Source of the DNA: Candidatus Hydrogenedens sp.
Lineage (GTDB): Bacteria; Hydrogenedentota; Hydrogenedentia; Hydrogenedentales; Hydrogenedentaceae
Assembly (NCBI GenBank): GCA_049968235.1
Contig: JBMFRC010000008.1
Location: 1 to 64,000, forward strand
Reading direction: 5' to 3'
Length of the DNA stretch: 64,000 nucleotides
Position numbers and translations under genes: made by a program. A model generated the notes under the pieces. That model was not told the origin of the DNA, did no database searches, and saw only the letters and a program-made list of their open reading frames with translations. Of the stretch, positions 51,122 to 61,296 are shown one piece after another (the stretch's first letter is position 1; each line of letters opens with the position of its first letter).

Positions 51122-53044
51122 TTAATCCGTTTTCTTCTTTCTTGCCTTTATGGGTTCATAACGAACTCGAGACCCACTACGGCGATATACCGCCGAATAC
51201 ATAGACGGACAAACCCGCAGACATTGACCACAATGTATACATTTTCCCTGGTCAATTACATGGGCCTCTTTCCTTTTACCGGATATCGCTTCTACCGGAC
51301 ATGCCCTGGCACACATGGTACAACCCGTACAACGCTCCGCATCAATGTGATAAGAGATAAGAGAACTACAAACAAAAGCACGGCACTCCTTCGCTTTAAT
51401 ATGCTCTTCATATTCATGTCGGAAATAACGCAGTGTAGATAATACGGGATTGGGTGCGGTCTGTCCTAATCCACATAAGGAGCCTTGTTTAATCGTTTGA
51501 GCCAGTGTTTCCAAACGAATAATATCCGTTAAATCCCCTTTACCAGCACAAATGCGTTCAAGAATACCTAACATAGCACGTGTACCAACACGACAGGGGG
51601 TACATTTACCGCAGGATTCCGCCTGAGTAAATGATAGGAAATAACGGGCAATATCCACCATACAGTTGTCTTCATCTAAAACAATCATTCCGCCCGAACC
51701 CATGATACTACCTGCTTTTGTCAGGGATTCATAATCAACGGGCAGGTCTAACATTTCTGACGGAATACATCCTCCGGATGGACCTCCGGTCTGGACTGCT
51801 TTCACTTCTTTATCATTTAAAATACCTCCACCAACATCAAATATTACTTTTCGCAGAGGTATGCCCAAAGGGATTTCAACCAATCCTGTTCGTTTAATTT
51901 TTCCTGCTAGAGCAAAGGTCTTTGTCCCCTTGCTGTTTTCATTTCCATACTGCACATACCAATCTGCACCTCGATGGAGAATTAAAGGCAGATTTGCTAA
52001 AGTTTCGACATTCTGAATAATTGTGGGCTTACCCCATAATCCGCTAATAGCCGGAAAAGGGGGACGGGGACGGGGCATACCCCGGTTCCCTTCAATAGAT
52101 GCAATCAGAGCGGTTTCTTCTCCACAGACAAAAGCTCCTGCCCCTTTCTTAACCGTAATGTCAAAAGAAAAACCACTCCCCAATATATTTTCCCCTAATA
52201 AACCATGTTCATACATCTGCTGAATGGCAATTTCTAATCGCCGTATAGCTAGAGGATATTCCGCACGACAATACACATATCCATGCCGAGCACCGATAGT
52301 ATATCCTGCTATCAACATTCCTTCCAATACCGAATGCGGGTCTCCTTCCAGGACCGAACGATTCATAAATGCACCGGGGTCCCCTTCATCCGCATTACAA
52401 ATAAGATACTTCCCTTCGGCGGATGTTTCTCGGGCAAAAGACCATTTCTTCCATGTGGGGAATCCCGCACCTCCACGACCTCGCAAACCTGATTTTTTTA
52501 CTTCCTCCAACACTGCATCTGCACCAATATTTAACGCCTTTAAAAAACCACGATAACCATTCTGGGCTAAATAATGGTAGAAATTTTCAGGGTCAATCAA
52601 TCCGCAATTGCGAAGTATATTGCGGACTTGATGCGACAACATCGGATGCCTTGTAATCGGAGGCAATCCTCGAAACTCATCCATACTCATTACTCCAATG
52701 AGTTTTTCTTCCCATACCCCTTCTTCTAAAAAAATCCGATTTACAAATTCCTCGACATTTTCAGGCTTTATAGGACCATAACATATAGGAATCCCTCCCG
52801 GAGGTTGAACCATAATAATAGGTTCTAACACACAGGGACCCATACAGCCCACTTCAATAAACATTGCATATTTTTTATTTTGTATCAAAAGTTTTTTAAT
52901 AATCTCTTCGGTTTCAAGGGCACCTGCGGCTCGACCACAGGTTGCTGAACCTACATAGACCACAGGAATCGTATTACTTTCTATCTTTCCCCATTCTTCC
53001 TGTGCTCGTTCATATAAAATCTCCATAGTATCATTTGCTATCAT
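51122..53044 (-). CDS. NuoF/HydB-like flavoprotein subunit (FMN, NADH binding, Fe-S)
   Basis: GAGAFVCGEETALIASIEG (NuoF FMN/NADH signature), a C-terminal 4Fe-4S ferredoxin pair, and an N-terminal thioredoxin-like domain. Confidence 0.9.
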   Translation of the reverse strand: MIANDTMEILYERAQEEWGKIESNTIPVVYVGSATCGRAAGALETEEIIKKLLIQNKKYAMFIEVGCMGPCVLEPIIMVQPPGGIPICYGPIKPENVEEFVNRIFLEEGVWEEKLIGVMSMDEFRGLPPITRHPMLSHQVRNILRNCGLIDPENFYHYLAQNGYRGFLKALNIGADAVLEEVKKSGLRGRGGAGFPTWKKWSFARETSAEGKYLICNADEGDPGAFMNRSVLEGDPHSVLEGMLIAGYTIGARHGYVYCRAEYPLAIRRLEIAIQQMYEHGLLGENILGSGFSFDITVKKGAGAFVCGEETALIASIEGNRGMPRPRPPFPAISGLWGKPTIIQNVETLANLPLILHRGADWYVQYGNENSKGTKTFALAGKIKRTGLVEIPLGIPLRKVIFDVGGGILNDKEVKAVQTGGPSGGCIPSEMLDLPVDYESLTKAGSIMGSGGMIVLDEDNCMVDIARYFLSFTQAESCGKCTPCRVGTRAMLGILERICAGKGDLTDIIRLETLAQTIKQGSLCGLGQTAPNPVLSTLRYFRHEYEEHIKAKECRAFVCSSLISYHIDAERCTGCTMCARACPVEAISGKRKEAHVIDQGKCIHCGQCLRVCPSMYSAVYRRSGSRVRYEPIKARKKKTD

Positions 53045-53595
53045 TGCTCAACACCTGCTTTATTATCTTCTTTTTGACGATATTCTTTAATTACTTCACG
53101 AACTTTTTCCTGTGTCATCTGGGCATAAACCTTGCCATTAACTGCCATCACAGGTGCTAACGCACAACAACCGACACATGCAACCCGTTCTAATGTAAAC
53201 AAACCATCTGCTGTAGTATGTCCCGGTTCTATATTTAATTCCTCACGCAACGCTTCTAACACCACAGAAGAACCACGAACATGGCATGCCGTACCCTGAC
53301 ATATCTGAATAACATATTTACCCGGCGGTGTAAATTTGAACTGGGTATAAAACGATGCTACTCCATAGATTTCCGAAGCAGATACTCCTAAATATTCGGA
53401 CATTGCATCAACCGCAGGAGATGAAATATAACCATAATGCTCTTGTACCTCCTGAAGCAATGGAATAATACTACTACGCCGGGCAGGGTATTTTTGAAAT
53501 AATTGTTGCAAACCAAAAACCAATTCATTCTTTGATGAACTCAACGATAAATTCCTTCTCGTTGTATAGCGAAAGGCATAACTAAATTGAAGCAA
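53041..53595 (-). CDS. NuoE/HydC-like thioredoxin-fold [2Fe-2S] subunit
   Basis: CQGTACHVRGS ... CVGCCALAP cysteine pattern. There is a 4-nt overlap with the nuoF-like gene. Confidence 0.85.
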   Translation of the reverse strand: MLQFSYAFRYTTRRNLSLSSSKNELVFGLQQLFQKYPARRSSIIPLLQEVQEHYGYISSPAVDAMSEYLGVSASEIYGVASFYTQFKFTPPGKYVIQICQGTACHVRGSSVVLEALREELNIEPGHTTADGLFTLERVACVGCCALAPVMAVNGKVYAQMTQEKVREVIKEYRQKEDNKAGVEQ

Positions 53596-53780
53596 AAACG
53601 GAGCAAAGAATTATACCATGACCAAAATAAAAAAGTAAAACGATCTACTTTTACTGTTCTATTCGTAGGAGAAATAATATATATTTATAATGGAATAAGA
53701 GAAAAAACTATGAGAGAATGGAATAAGAGAAAAAACTATGAGAGTTCTTTGTAAGAAAAAGAAAATTATTAGAATTTAGG

Positions 53781-54452
53781 CTATACCTCTGGTATATCCG
53801 GAGGATTCTGGGGTGGAAGTTCTTGTTTGAGAAAAAAAGGTAATAGGAATATACCTACCAAAAATCCACCGATATGTGCCCACCAGGCGACACCTGCAAC
53901 ATCTTCGGAACTTGCCATAACAACCAGTCCATTGAGAAGTTGTAAGATGAACCAGATACCTCCAAACAGGAATGCAGGAATTTCTACAAAATAGGGATAA
54001 ATGATAATCGGGATAATGCATAAAATTTGTGCTCCGGGATACAACACCAGATAGGCTCCGAGGATTCCCGATATAGCACCAGAAGCACCTACACAAGGCA
54101 CTTCTGAACTTGTTTGAGTTATAGCGTGAATTGTCCCCGCAAAAATACCACAAAGAATGTAGAAAAGTAAAAAACGAAGATGTCCTAAACGGTCTTCAAT
54201 ATTATCTCCAAAAATCCACAAAGCCCACATATTTGAAATAAGATGTAATAAACCACCATGGAGAAACTGATGTGTAATAAGGGAAATTAATTGAATATGG
54301 GCAGGAACAATACCGAAAATCCGAAAAATCAATTCTACTCGCTTTTCTGGCAAATCAAAATATTGAAAAAATATTATGGTATTAAAGATTATTATCAACA
54401 CAACAACAACGGGAAATCCTCGTCGTGGATTGACATCTCTCAATGGGAACAT
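53781..54452 (-). CDS. Rhomboid-family intramembrane serine protease
   Basis: GASGAISG (catalytic GxSG) and AHIGGFLVG (catalytic His) in polytopic membrane helices. Confidence 0.8.
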   Translation of the reverse strand: MFPLRDVNPRRGFPVVVVLIIIFNTIIFFQYFDLPEKRVELIFRIFGIVPAHIQLISLITHQFLHGGLLHLISNMWALWIFGDNIEDRLGHLRFLLFYILCGIFAGTIHAITQTSSEVPCVGASGAISGILGAYLVLYPGAQILCIIPIIIYPYFVEIPAFLFGGIWFILQLLNGLVVMASSEDVAGVAWWAHIGGFLVGIFLLPFFLKQELPPQNPPDIPEV

Positions 54453-54478
54453 AGATTATCCTATCTTTATACTTTGAT

Positions 54479-55612
54479 TCACTGTTTTTCTTCCCTTTGA
54501 TGACTATATCTTTCAACCTCTCCCACAACCTCTTTTAAGTTGGGGGCTTCTTTCTTGTCCATTACCAATACAACATTATGGGCTACTGCTATAACGATAT
54601 TCTCTACACCTGCGGATACTATGGTAATGGGAAGAGAATCATCGTTATAGAGGATAGAATTGGTTGTCCGTAATGAGATGGCACTTCCATAAATTACATT
54701 GCCATGTCTATCTTTATGCATAACTCTTTCTAAAGAAGTCCATGACCCCAAATCATCCCAGTGAAAATTCCCTTTTACCATCACAATATTTTTAGATCTC
54801 TCCATCAGTGCGTAGTCAATAGAGATATTAGGCAAACTCTGAAAGATAGTATTTACTTTATTCATATCATTTCGTTGTAGTTCCTGAGACATTTGCATAA
54901 TGGCGTCCCAATGAACAAAACTGGCTTCTTTTATTTCTTCTAAAAAGGTTTGCACTTTCCAGAAGAACATACCACTGTTCCAGAAATAGTTACCTGCATT
55001 GAGATATTCATTTGCAGATTGTTCGTTGGGTTTTTCATGGAATTTTTTCACTCCATATATTGGCACATCTCTATCATTGCTTAACATATCCCCTACTTCA
55101 ATATACCCAAAACCTGTTTCAGGTCTTGTGGGGGGAATACCAATAATGCCCAGTGTTTTCTTCTCGGCTACATAATCCATTATGCACGAAACTGTCCGGA
55201 CAAAGGTATCAATAGGTTCTATCAACTGGTCTGCAGTAAGCACTGCCATTACAATATCCTTTGCAGAATCTCCGTATCCTGCAAGAAGAAGAGCTATAAT
55301 ATAAGACAAACAGCCTGCCGTGTTCTTGCGATAGGGTTCTGCGATTATTTGTCCTTCCGATAATAAATGTAACGAAGTAAAAATAGATTTAAGTTCTCCA
55401 GATGTTGCCAGCCAGATGTTTTCCTGCGGAACTATGGGAAGAATTCGTTCTATAGCATCTTTTAGTAGAATATTATTACTTCCTAACTGTAAGAGTTGCT
55501 TTGGATGCTCTGGTGTAGATAAGGGCCAGAATCGTTCACCAATTCCTCCTGCCATAATTACTGCCCATTTTTGATATGTTGTAGGAGTATTGGGTTGATT
55601 GTTTGTATCCAT
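54479..55612 (-). CDS. Mannose-1-phosphate guanylyltransferase (nucleotidyl transferase family)
   Basis: N-terminal IMAGGIGERFWPLS pyrophosphorylase motif. 377 aa. Confidence 0.75.
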   Translation of the reverse strand: MDTNNQPNTPTTYQKWAVIMAGGIGERFWPLSTPEHPKQLLQLGSNNILLKDAIERILPIVPQENIWLATSGELKSIFTSLHLLSEGQIIAEPYRKNTAGCLSYIIALLLAGYGDSAKDIVMAVLTADQLIEPIDTFVRTVSCIMDYVAEKKTLGIIGIPPTRPETGFGYIEVGDMLSNDRDVPIYGVKKFHEKPNEQSANEYLNAGNYFWNSGMFFWKVQTFLEEIKEASFVHWDAIMQMSQELQRNDMNKVNTIFQSLPNISIDYALMERSKNIVMVKGNFHWDDLGSWTSLERVMHKDRHGNVIYGSAISLRTTNSILYNDDSLPITIVSAGVENIVIAVAHNVVLVMDKKEAPNLKEVVGEVERYSHQREEKQ

Positions 55613-55680
55613 AAATTTATTCCTTTATCTATATTCAAGAGTTATTATAACAGATAGGAATATCTATATCTGGACAACTA

Positions 55681-57534
55681 TTAACTATCAAAATAAGAAG
55701 ACAATGCTTCCGCTATTGTTTGTGCCATTTTTTGACGCCATTCAGGATCTGCCACATTTTGCAAATCTGAAGGGTTTGCCAGATTAGCACATTCGATTAA
55801 AACTCTAGTAGGAACATTTGTGTTTCTGAGAACAGCGGGGACATAAACGTTATATTTTGTTTTACGAATTACATTCCGGATAGCGGAACCGTTGGAATGA
55901 ACTTTAATTTTGTTTTTTTGTGCGGTTTTAATCAATGTCTGTGCAAAAATTCTTGAACGGGCTTCTATATTAATTCGCTCTGATGTTGTATATATCCTGG
56001 ATTGATGCTCCCGCCATTCTTTATAAATGGAATAATCAATTTTGTTCCCAAATTTAGGAAGTTTTTCAATTCCCTTATAATAATTTGCTCCAGGAATATA
56101 TACCATTAAACCCCGTATAGAAGACTTATATATAGCATCGCAGTGTATAGAAATAAAAATTATCTTTTCGCGAGAGATTTTTGTCTTTTCTTCCTTTCGC
56201 ACAATACTGTTTGCTAACAACCAGCGTAAATGCGTAGAGCACACGGAATCTTGAGGATTATGTGGAGGGGTTACCAGAACATATTCATCTTTATCATTTA
56301 TAAATCTCTTATTCGTAGAGGGTGTATAATTCTGGCTTTCATCCCGGATGGTCATATAAACACGGGCTTGCGTTTTTTGTTCAAGATATTCTTTCAATCG
56401 ACAGGCAATATCGTAGTTAACCTCATCTTCATAAATTTTTTCTACTTCTCTCGGAGCCCCATGGTCTTTACCTCCATGTCCCGGGTCAATAATAACAACT
56501 ACCCCTTTGAGAGCATTTGTAGTTTCGGCAGTTTTCTTTGTCCTTTTAATTTGTTCTACTTCCTTCTTCACTTCATCTGCAACACGACGTTCCTCTTTTC
56601 CAGTGGGAAGATATATATCACTAAGCATATCTAACGGAATCTTAATACTTGTACCGGGTTTAACCATGCGTTCATTTCTAATATTGTTCCATTTCTTTAC
56701 AATTTCACAAGCTCTTAATATATCAGCATGTTCCGTATAATCTGTATATCGAACAATAACAGAATATATCGTTTCACCTGCCTGTAATTTGTAAGTAGCA
56801 TACTCTCCTAAGGAATCCTTTCCATATTGAAGTTCTTTGGCAAGAACCGTTCCATTAGCCGATGCTTTGGGGTCTCCCCAATCTTCATCTATTGCATCTA
56901 TCGGTTCCAGAAGATTTTCTCCCGTTTCTTCAACCTTTGTAATCTTTTTTGATAATCGCTCTTTTAACTCGGGTCTGAAAATAGATGAAGAAAAAAATAT
57001 TTTACCCCCTTCAGATAAAGGTAATTTTCTCCTTGCATTTCTTGGGTGCTTCATTACATCTGCTTTTTGTGCAGAATCGCCGGAAAGTGCTATTATCCAC
57101 AAATTGAGAGCATTTTCATCCAGCCGATATCCCTGTGGGACCGTATGCCACCAACCCTCCGCGGTTAAATTGTCTTGATTAAACAATAATTCGAAAATCG
57201 AGTAGTATAATGAAGTGCGGACTTTATTTAATGGAATAGCAACGGAACGAAGATTCGAATATTTTTGTGCTTCCGTAGGTTCTGATAATATAGAACTCAA
57301 TGTCTGTGAGAGGGATTTGCCGGATGATGTAGAACATTCAAGAAAAATCTGATAAGAAGGTCTACACACTACTGTAATACCTGGTTGTAATTCTGCCCGT
57401 ATTATACCTGTTTGTCCATGAACAGAAGATGTAAATACAAACAGAATACAACTTATTGTTGCAAAAATAGCAACTAAATTATTAAATCGTATCCTGACTT
57501 CTAACAAAACCAATCCTAACAAGTTATCGTTCAT
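55681..57534 (-). CDS. N-acetylmuramoyl-L-alanine amidase (Amidase_3, AmiC-like) with a LysM-like domain
   Basis: VVVIIDPGHGGKDHGA amidase_3 zinc motif. The LysM-like ETIYSVIVRYT...VKPGTSIKIP. Signal/TM N-terminus. Confidence 0.75.
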   Translation of the reverse strand: MNDNLLGLVLLEVRIRFNNLVAIFATISCILFVFTSSVHGQTGIIRAELQPGITVVCRPSYQIFLECSTSSGKSLSQTLSSILSEPTEAQKYSNLRSVAIPLNKVRTSLYYSIFELLFNQDNLTAEGWWHTVPQGYRLDENALNLWIIALSGDSAQKADVMKHPRNARRKLPLSEGGKIFFSSSIFRPELKERLSKKITKVEETGENLLEPIDAIDEDWGDPKASANGTVLAKELQYGKDSLGEYATYKLQAGETIYSVIVRYTDYTEHADILRACEIVKKWNNIRNERMVKPGTSIKIPLDMLSDIYLPTGKEERRVADEVKKEVEQIKRTKKTAETTNALKGVVVIIDPGHGGKDHGAPREVEKIYEDEVNYDIACRLKEYLEQKTQARVYMTIRDESQNYTPSTNKRFINDKDEYVLVTPPHNPQDSVCSTHLRWLLANSIVRKEEKTKISREKIIFISIHCDAIYKSSIRGLMVYIPGANYYKGIEKLPKFGNKIDYSIYKEWREHQSRIYTTSERINIEARSRIFAQTLIKTAQKNKIKVHSNGSAIRNVIRKTKYNVYVPAVLRNTNVPTRVLIECANLANPSDLQNVADPEWRQKMAQTIAEALSSYFDS

Positions 57535-57834
57535 TCATTTTTTTGTTAAAGATAATACACAACATTAACCTCAGTATTCACATCAGAATAGAGGAATAAT
57601 TGAACTAAAAAAACCGTAAGTACTTCCAATAATAAGATGGGTAAAAAATGGAACAAATGCGATAAAAAGGATAACGCATATATAACGGTTGTTAACGCCA
57701 TGCTTTTGTATTACTGGCATTTTCACCTATATATCTTTGAACCTGCATAAGGACATGAGTTACCGAAAATGAAAAAAATATTTAACCACTGAAATTACAG
57801 AGAATTTGCAGAACTAATATTTAAAAAGTAAGGG

Positions 57835-59025
57835 CTAAAAAGAAGGGAGTTGTTTCCTTTGAATACGATAATGGTAAAGGCGGAAAGATAGCCATGCTGT
57901 CGTAAAATAAAGAAAATTTAATATCCATAGTGTAAACCATTCCCAGCGAACTTCGTAAAGGGAAGCACCCATCTGATTCATGCGAACAAAACCTGCGGAA
58001 CCACTTGTACTTGGGAATAAAAGAGAAACAATTCTCAACCATTGAGGCAATATCTCTAAGGGCCATGCAAAGCCAATCAGTAATACTGCAGGCATAGAAG
58101 TAAAAATTAAGGCAGGTATGGAAATCTCCCTGCTCACAAATAATGTGCAGAGGGAAAAGCCTAAGAAAATAATAGAAGAAACATACGGAATCAGAAAAAT
58201 CATAAGTTCTAAAGGTCTGCCTAATTGTGGTAGATTATAAACTCGATAGACAACCGAAATATAAAATAAGGGGAAAAAGATATACATACTAAAATAAGCA
58301 AAGCCTCGTGCCAGGATAAGGCAAAAAAAGATGGGTTTGTTTGTCTTTTCTGATACAGGCAAAGGTTCATATTGTTCTTGCCTTGTTCCAGTTAATATAC
58401 CGATACCAATAAGTAATGTCTGTTGCAATATCAATATAAGCACTCCCGGCACCACATAAGTAGCATATCCTCCTGCAGGATTGAACAGAGCGCGAACATC
58501 CGTATTTAAAATGTTCCATTTTATTTTTGCATAAGGCTCGGTTAATCCTTCCGCTGTCATTCGACGGATTTCTACCCCTGCAGACATTGTAGCTGTGGCT
58601 TTATATACCCCCGTGAAAACCTGCCGATAGATAAGAAAGTAAGAAGCATCTGCAAATAGTTGCACTACTGACCTCTGACGCGTTAATATTTTCCTCTCAA
58701 AATCTTCCGGGATAACAACAATGGCATTGGCTTTGCCAGAAATAACAATATTTTTGGCTTCTTCGAAGTCATAAACGCGGTAAATAAGGTTTACTTCCTC
58801 TGTAGCATCTATCCACCGTAAAAGTTTTCTACTGAGCGAAGTATTATCCTTATCTACTGCTACAACATTTATTTCTTTTAGTACTTCTCGTGAATAGGGT
58901 AAAGGATAAACCATTGTATAGACCGCTAACCCTGCGATTATAATTAATAAAATACCCGGGTCACTAAAAATTGCAATGTATTCTTCTTTTAATATTTGCC
59001 AGAAGTATTTCATATCTTTCCCCAA
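57835..59025 (-). CDS. ABC-2 type transporter permease (YbhR/YbhS-like)
   Basis: An N-terminal TM followed by a large periplasmic loop, then 5 TM. 396 aa. It overlaps the upstream permease. Confidence 0.7.
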   Translation of the reverse strand: MGKDMKYFWQILKEEYIAIFSDPGILLIIIAGLAVYTMVYPLPYSREVLKEINVVAVDKDNTSLSRKLLRWIDATEEVNLIYRVYDFEEAKNIVISGKANAIVVIPEDFERKILTRQRSVVQLFADASYFLIYRQVFTGVYKATATMSAGVEIRRMTAEGLTEPYAKIKWNILNTDVRALFNPAGGYATYVVPGVLILILQQTLLIGIGILTGTRQEQYEPLPVSEKTNKPIFFCLILARGFAYFSMYIFFPLFYISVVYRVYNLPQLGRPLELMIFLIPYVSSIIFLGFSLCTLFVSREISIPALIFTSMPAVLLIGFAWPLEILPQWLRIVSLLFPSTSGSAGFVRMNQMGASLYEVRWEWFTLWILNFLYFTTAWLSFRLYHYRIQRKQLPSF

Positions 59026-60182
59026 TATTCCGGATATTTAGCGAATCGTTCCCACTTCGGAGCAAAAAGTATAAAAGGAAAAAAGAAAAAGGCAAACAGG
59101 ATAAGCATATTCGGAACAGAAACCCATGTGGGCACACCGCGAATTGCCTGTTCTAAAATTATTCTTAAGTAATGAGTAATAGGTAGAGAATAACTCCATG
59201 CTTTTGCAAACAAAGGCATTCCAATCACAGGATAGGTTATCCCCGCAAAGGCAAATGCAGGACCCGCATAAAATCCACCAAGACTGTTTGCCATTCTCAA
59301 GTTGGATGTCAAAGACACAAAGGCAAAACCAATACTCTGATATGCAAGAACAAATAAGATACTTGCAACAATGACAAAACTTAGATTTCCTTCAAAAGGG
59401 ACATTGGCTCCATAGACTAATAAAGTAAGCATAAAAAGAGTTAAGGTTGTAAAACCTATAGTATAGGGGAGTGATTTACCAATAATGGCAATCCAGTAAT
59501 TCCCTCCCGCTTTTTCCATAAATTCTTTAACTGTTCCATGTTTCAATTCCGAACCGAATGTGCGTATCATAACCATAATAATAAATGCCTGCATCATTGT
59601 AGGTAACAGTGCAGGCAACAAAAAAAGTCGGTAATTTAAATTTGGATTATATAGCGGTTGGGAATCCAAGATAATAGGAGTAGCATATTGAGGAATACTT
59701 TTTACTGGATCTCCTCGTTGGGAACGAAATAAAAATTCTTCCTGATAGGTAATTTTCCCGACAACCTCACGCAAAGAACGACTAATAAGGCTACTGGTGA
59801 GCATCCATTGATTGTTGTAGTATGCAACAACAGCCTCATCTTTATCCGATTTCAATTTTTGCTCCAAGTTATCAGGGATATAAAGTAAAGCGTATGCCCT
59901 ACCCTCTCGAAGATATTGGGCACCTTCATTAAAATTAGGTGTAATAAAACCAACGCTAAGCGAAGGGGACGCTTCTGTATAACGGATAATTCGCCGGGCT
60001 AAATCGGAGTTATCTCTGTTACAAATAACCACAGGTAAATCGCGAGGTATTTCCTGATAAAAGATCGAATACATAATCAAAAAACTAATAATGGGTAATA
60101 CAAAAGTAAATAGATAATAGAAAGGGCTATGAGCGATGATATGAAGTTCCCTTCTCAAAACTCGCATCAGAGAAGTGGTCAT
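59010..60182 (-). CDS. ABC-2 type transporter permease (YbhR/YbhS-like)
   Basis: Same architecture as its paralog. There is a 4-nt overlap with the HlyD gene. Confidence 0.7.
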   Translation of the reverse strand: MTTSLMRVLRRELHIIAHSPFYYLFTFVLPIISFLIMYSIFYQEIPRDLPVVICNRDNSDLARRIIRYTEASPSLSVGFITPNFNEGAQYLREGRAYALLYIPDNLEQKLKSDKDEAVVAYYNNQWMLTSSLISRSLREVVGKITYQEEFLFRSQRGDPVKSIPQYATPIILDSQPLYNPNLNYRLFLLPALLPTMMQAFIIMVMIRTFGSELKHGTVKEFMEKAGGNYWIAIIGKSLPYTIGFTTLTLFMLTLLVYGANVPFEGNLSFVIVASILFVLAYQSIGFAFVSLTSNLRMANSLGGFYAGPAFAFAGITYPVIGMPLFAKAWSYSLPITHYLRIILEQAIRGVPTWVSVPNMLILFAFFFFPFILFAPKWERFAKYPEYWGKI

Positions 60183-61249
60183 TTAACAATTCCCTTTCTG
60201 GAAACAAATCTTCTTATCATGTCATCAATTTTCTTGCGAATATAAATTACCCAATCGGCTTCTTTATCCGGTCTCTCCCATGGAACAACGACACTCATTC
60301 CGGGACGAAGTCCATCTATCTTTACAAGGGGTCTGGCTCGCACTTCAAAGGTTCGCAAATCAAATCCCCCCGAAGCACTGGTTGCTCGCCATGTAGCAAA
60401 CTCACCTAAGGGAGATATGTAATAAATCTCCATTCCGATAGGATGCCGATTTAATGCGGGAATCATTCCTCCAATTTGCTGGCCGATATGCAATCCATTC
60501 ATCTGGTCTTCGCGAATATTAAAGGTAACCCATAACTTATTGAGATTTAACATAGTTACTATGGGCATACCCGCAGAAGCAATTTCACCGGGGTAAACAA
60601 TATGCTCCACTATTTCTCCATCAATAGGTGCTGTAACATGAACCTCATCTATTAATGATTCCACTTCCTGCACCGCACCGGAGGCTTGTTGAACCAACGC
60701 TTCTGCCGCTTTTTTATCTTCTTCCCGCGTGCCATTTACAGCCATATCATACTGGGCTTTGGCCGTTGCTTCCAGACGACATGCCATCTTGTATTGTGCC
60801 TCTACTTCATCTCGCTTTTGGGCAGGAACAACTCCTTCTTCAAATAATTTTTGTATCCGCTGAAAACTTTTTTCTGCCAGTTCTTTTCCTGCCTGTGCCT
60901 GAAGCCATTGATTGTAAGCCATACGGATTTGTTCTTCGCGGGCTCCTTTTTCTGCCTTCTCAAATTGTGCCTGCGCCGCCTTCTGGGCACTTTCCGCCTG
61001 CTTCTTCTTCGCCTCCAATTGAGGACGGTCTAAAATTGCAATCGTATCCCCTTTCTTAACTCGCTGTCCTTCTTCTGCAATAATCTCAAGTACGCGTCCT
61101 GGAACCTTTGCGGAAACATTTATCTTGTCGACTTCAACTTCTCCCTGAAGGTAAAAAGGTTGCGGCTGGATAAAGATATAGGAAAGAAAAGAAATCGCAA
61201 AAAGGCTTATCATAAAAATAAAAAAAGCCACTAATCTCGGATGACGCAT
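60179..61249 (-). CDS. HlyD-family membrane fusion protein (YbhG-like)
   Basis: N-terminal TM, coiled-coil region (AQAQFEKAEKGAREEQI...), and a beta-barrel C-terminus. Confidence 0.8.
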   Translation of the reverse strand: MRHPRLVAFFIFMISLFAISFLSYIFIQPQPFYLQGEVEVDKINVSAKVPGRVLEIIAEEGQRVKKGDTIAILDRPQLEAKKKQAESAQKAAQAQFEKAEKGAREEQIRMAYNQWLQAQAGKELAEKSFQRIQKLFEEGVVPAQKRDEVEAQYKMACRLEATAKAQYDMAVNGTREEDKKAAEALVQQASGAVQEVESLIDEVHVTAPIDGEIVEHIVYPGEIASAGMPIVTMLNLNKLWVTFNIREDQMNGLHIGQQIGGMIPALNRHPIGMEIYYISPLGEFATWRATSASGGFDLRTFEVRARPLVKIDGLRPGMSVVVPWERPDKEADWVIYIRKKIDDMIRRFVSRKGIVK

Positions 61250-61296
61250 TTTTATATCCCTTCTGGGTATAATTTAACCATAATGTAATTGCTGTC

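Noticed and set aside
57590-57730. A roughly 45-aa hydrophobic small ORF (MPVIQKHGVNNRYICVILFIAF…) on the minus strand in the amidase / ABC-2 intergenic region
   Set aside because: There is no convincing RBS, and the region is AT-rich enough to generate such ORFs by chance.
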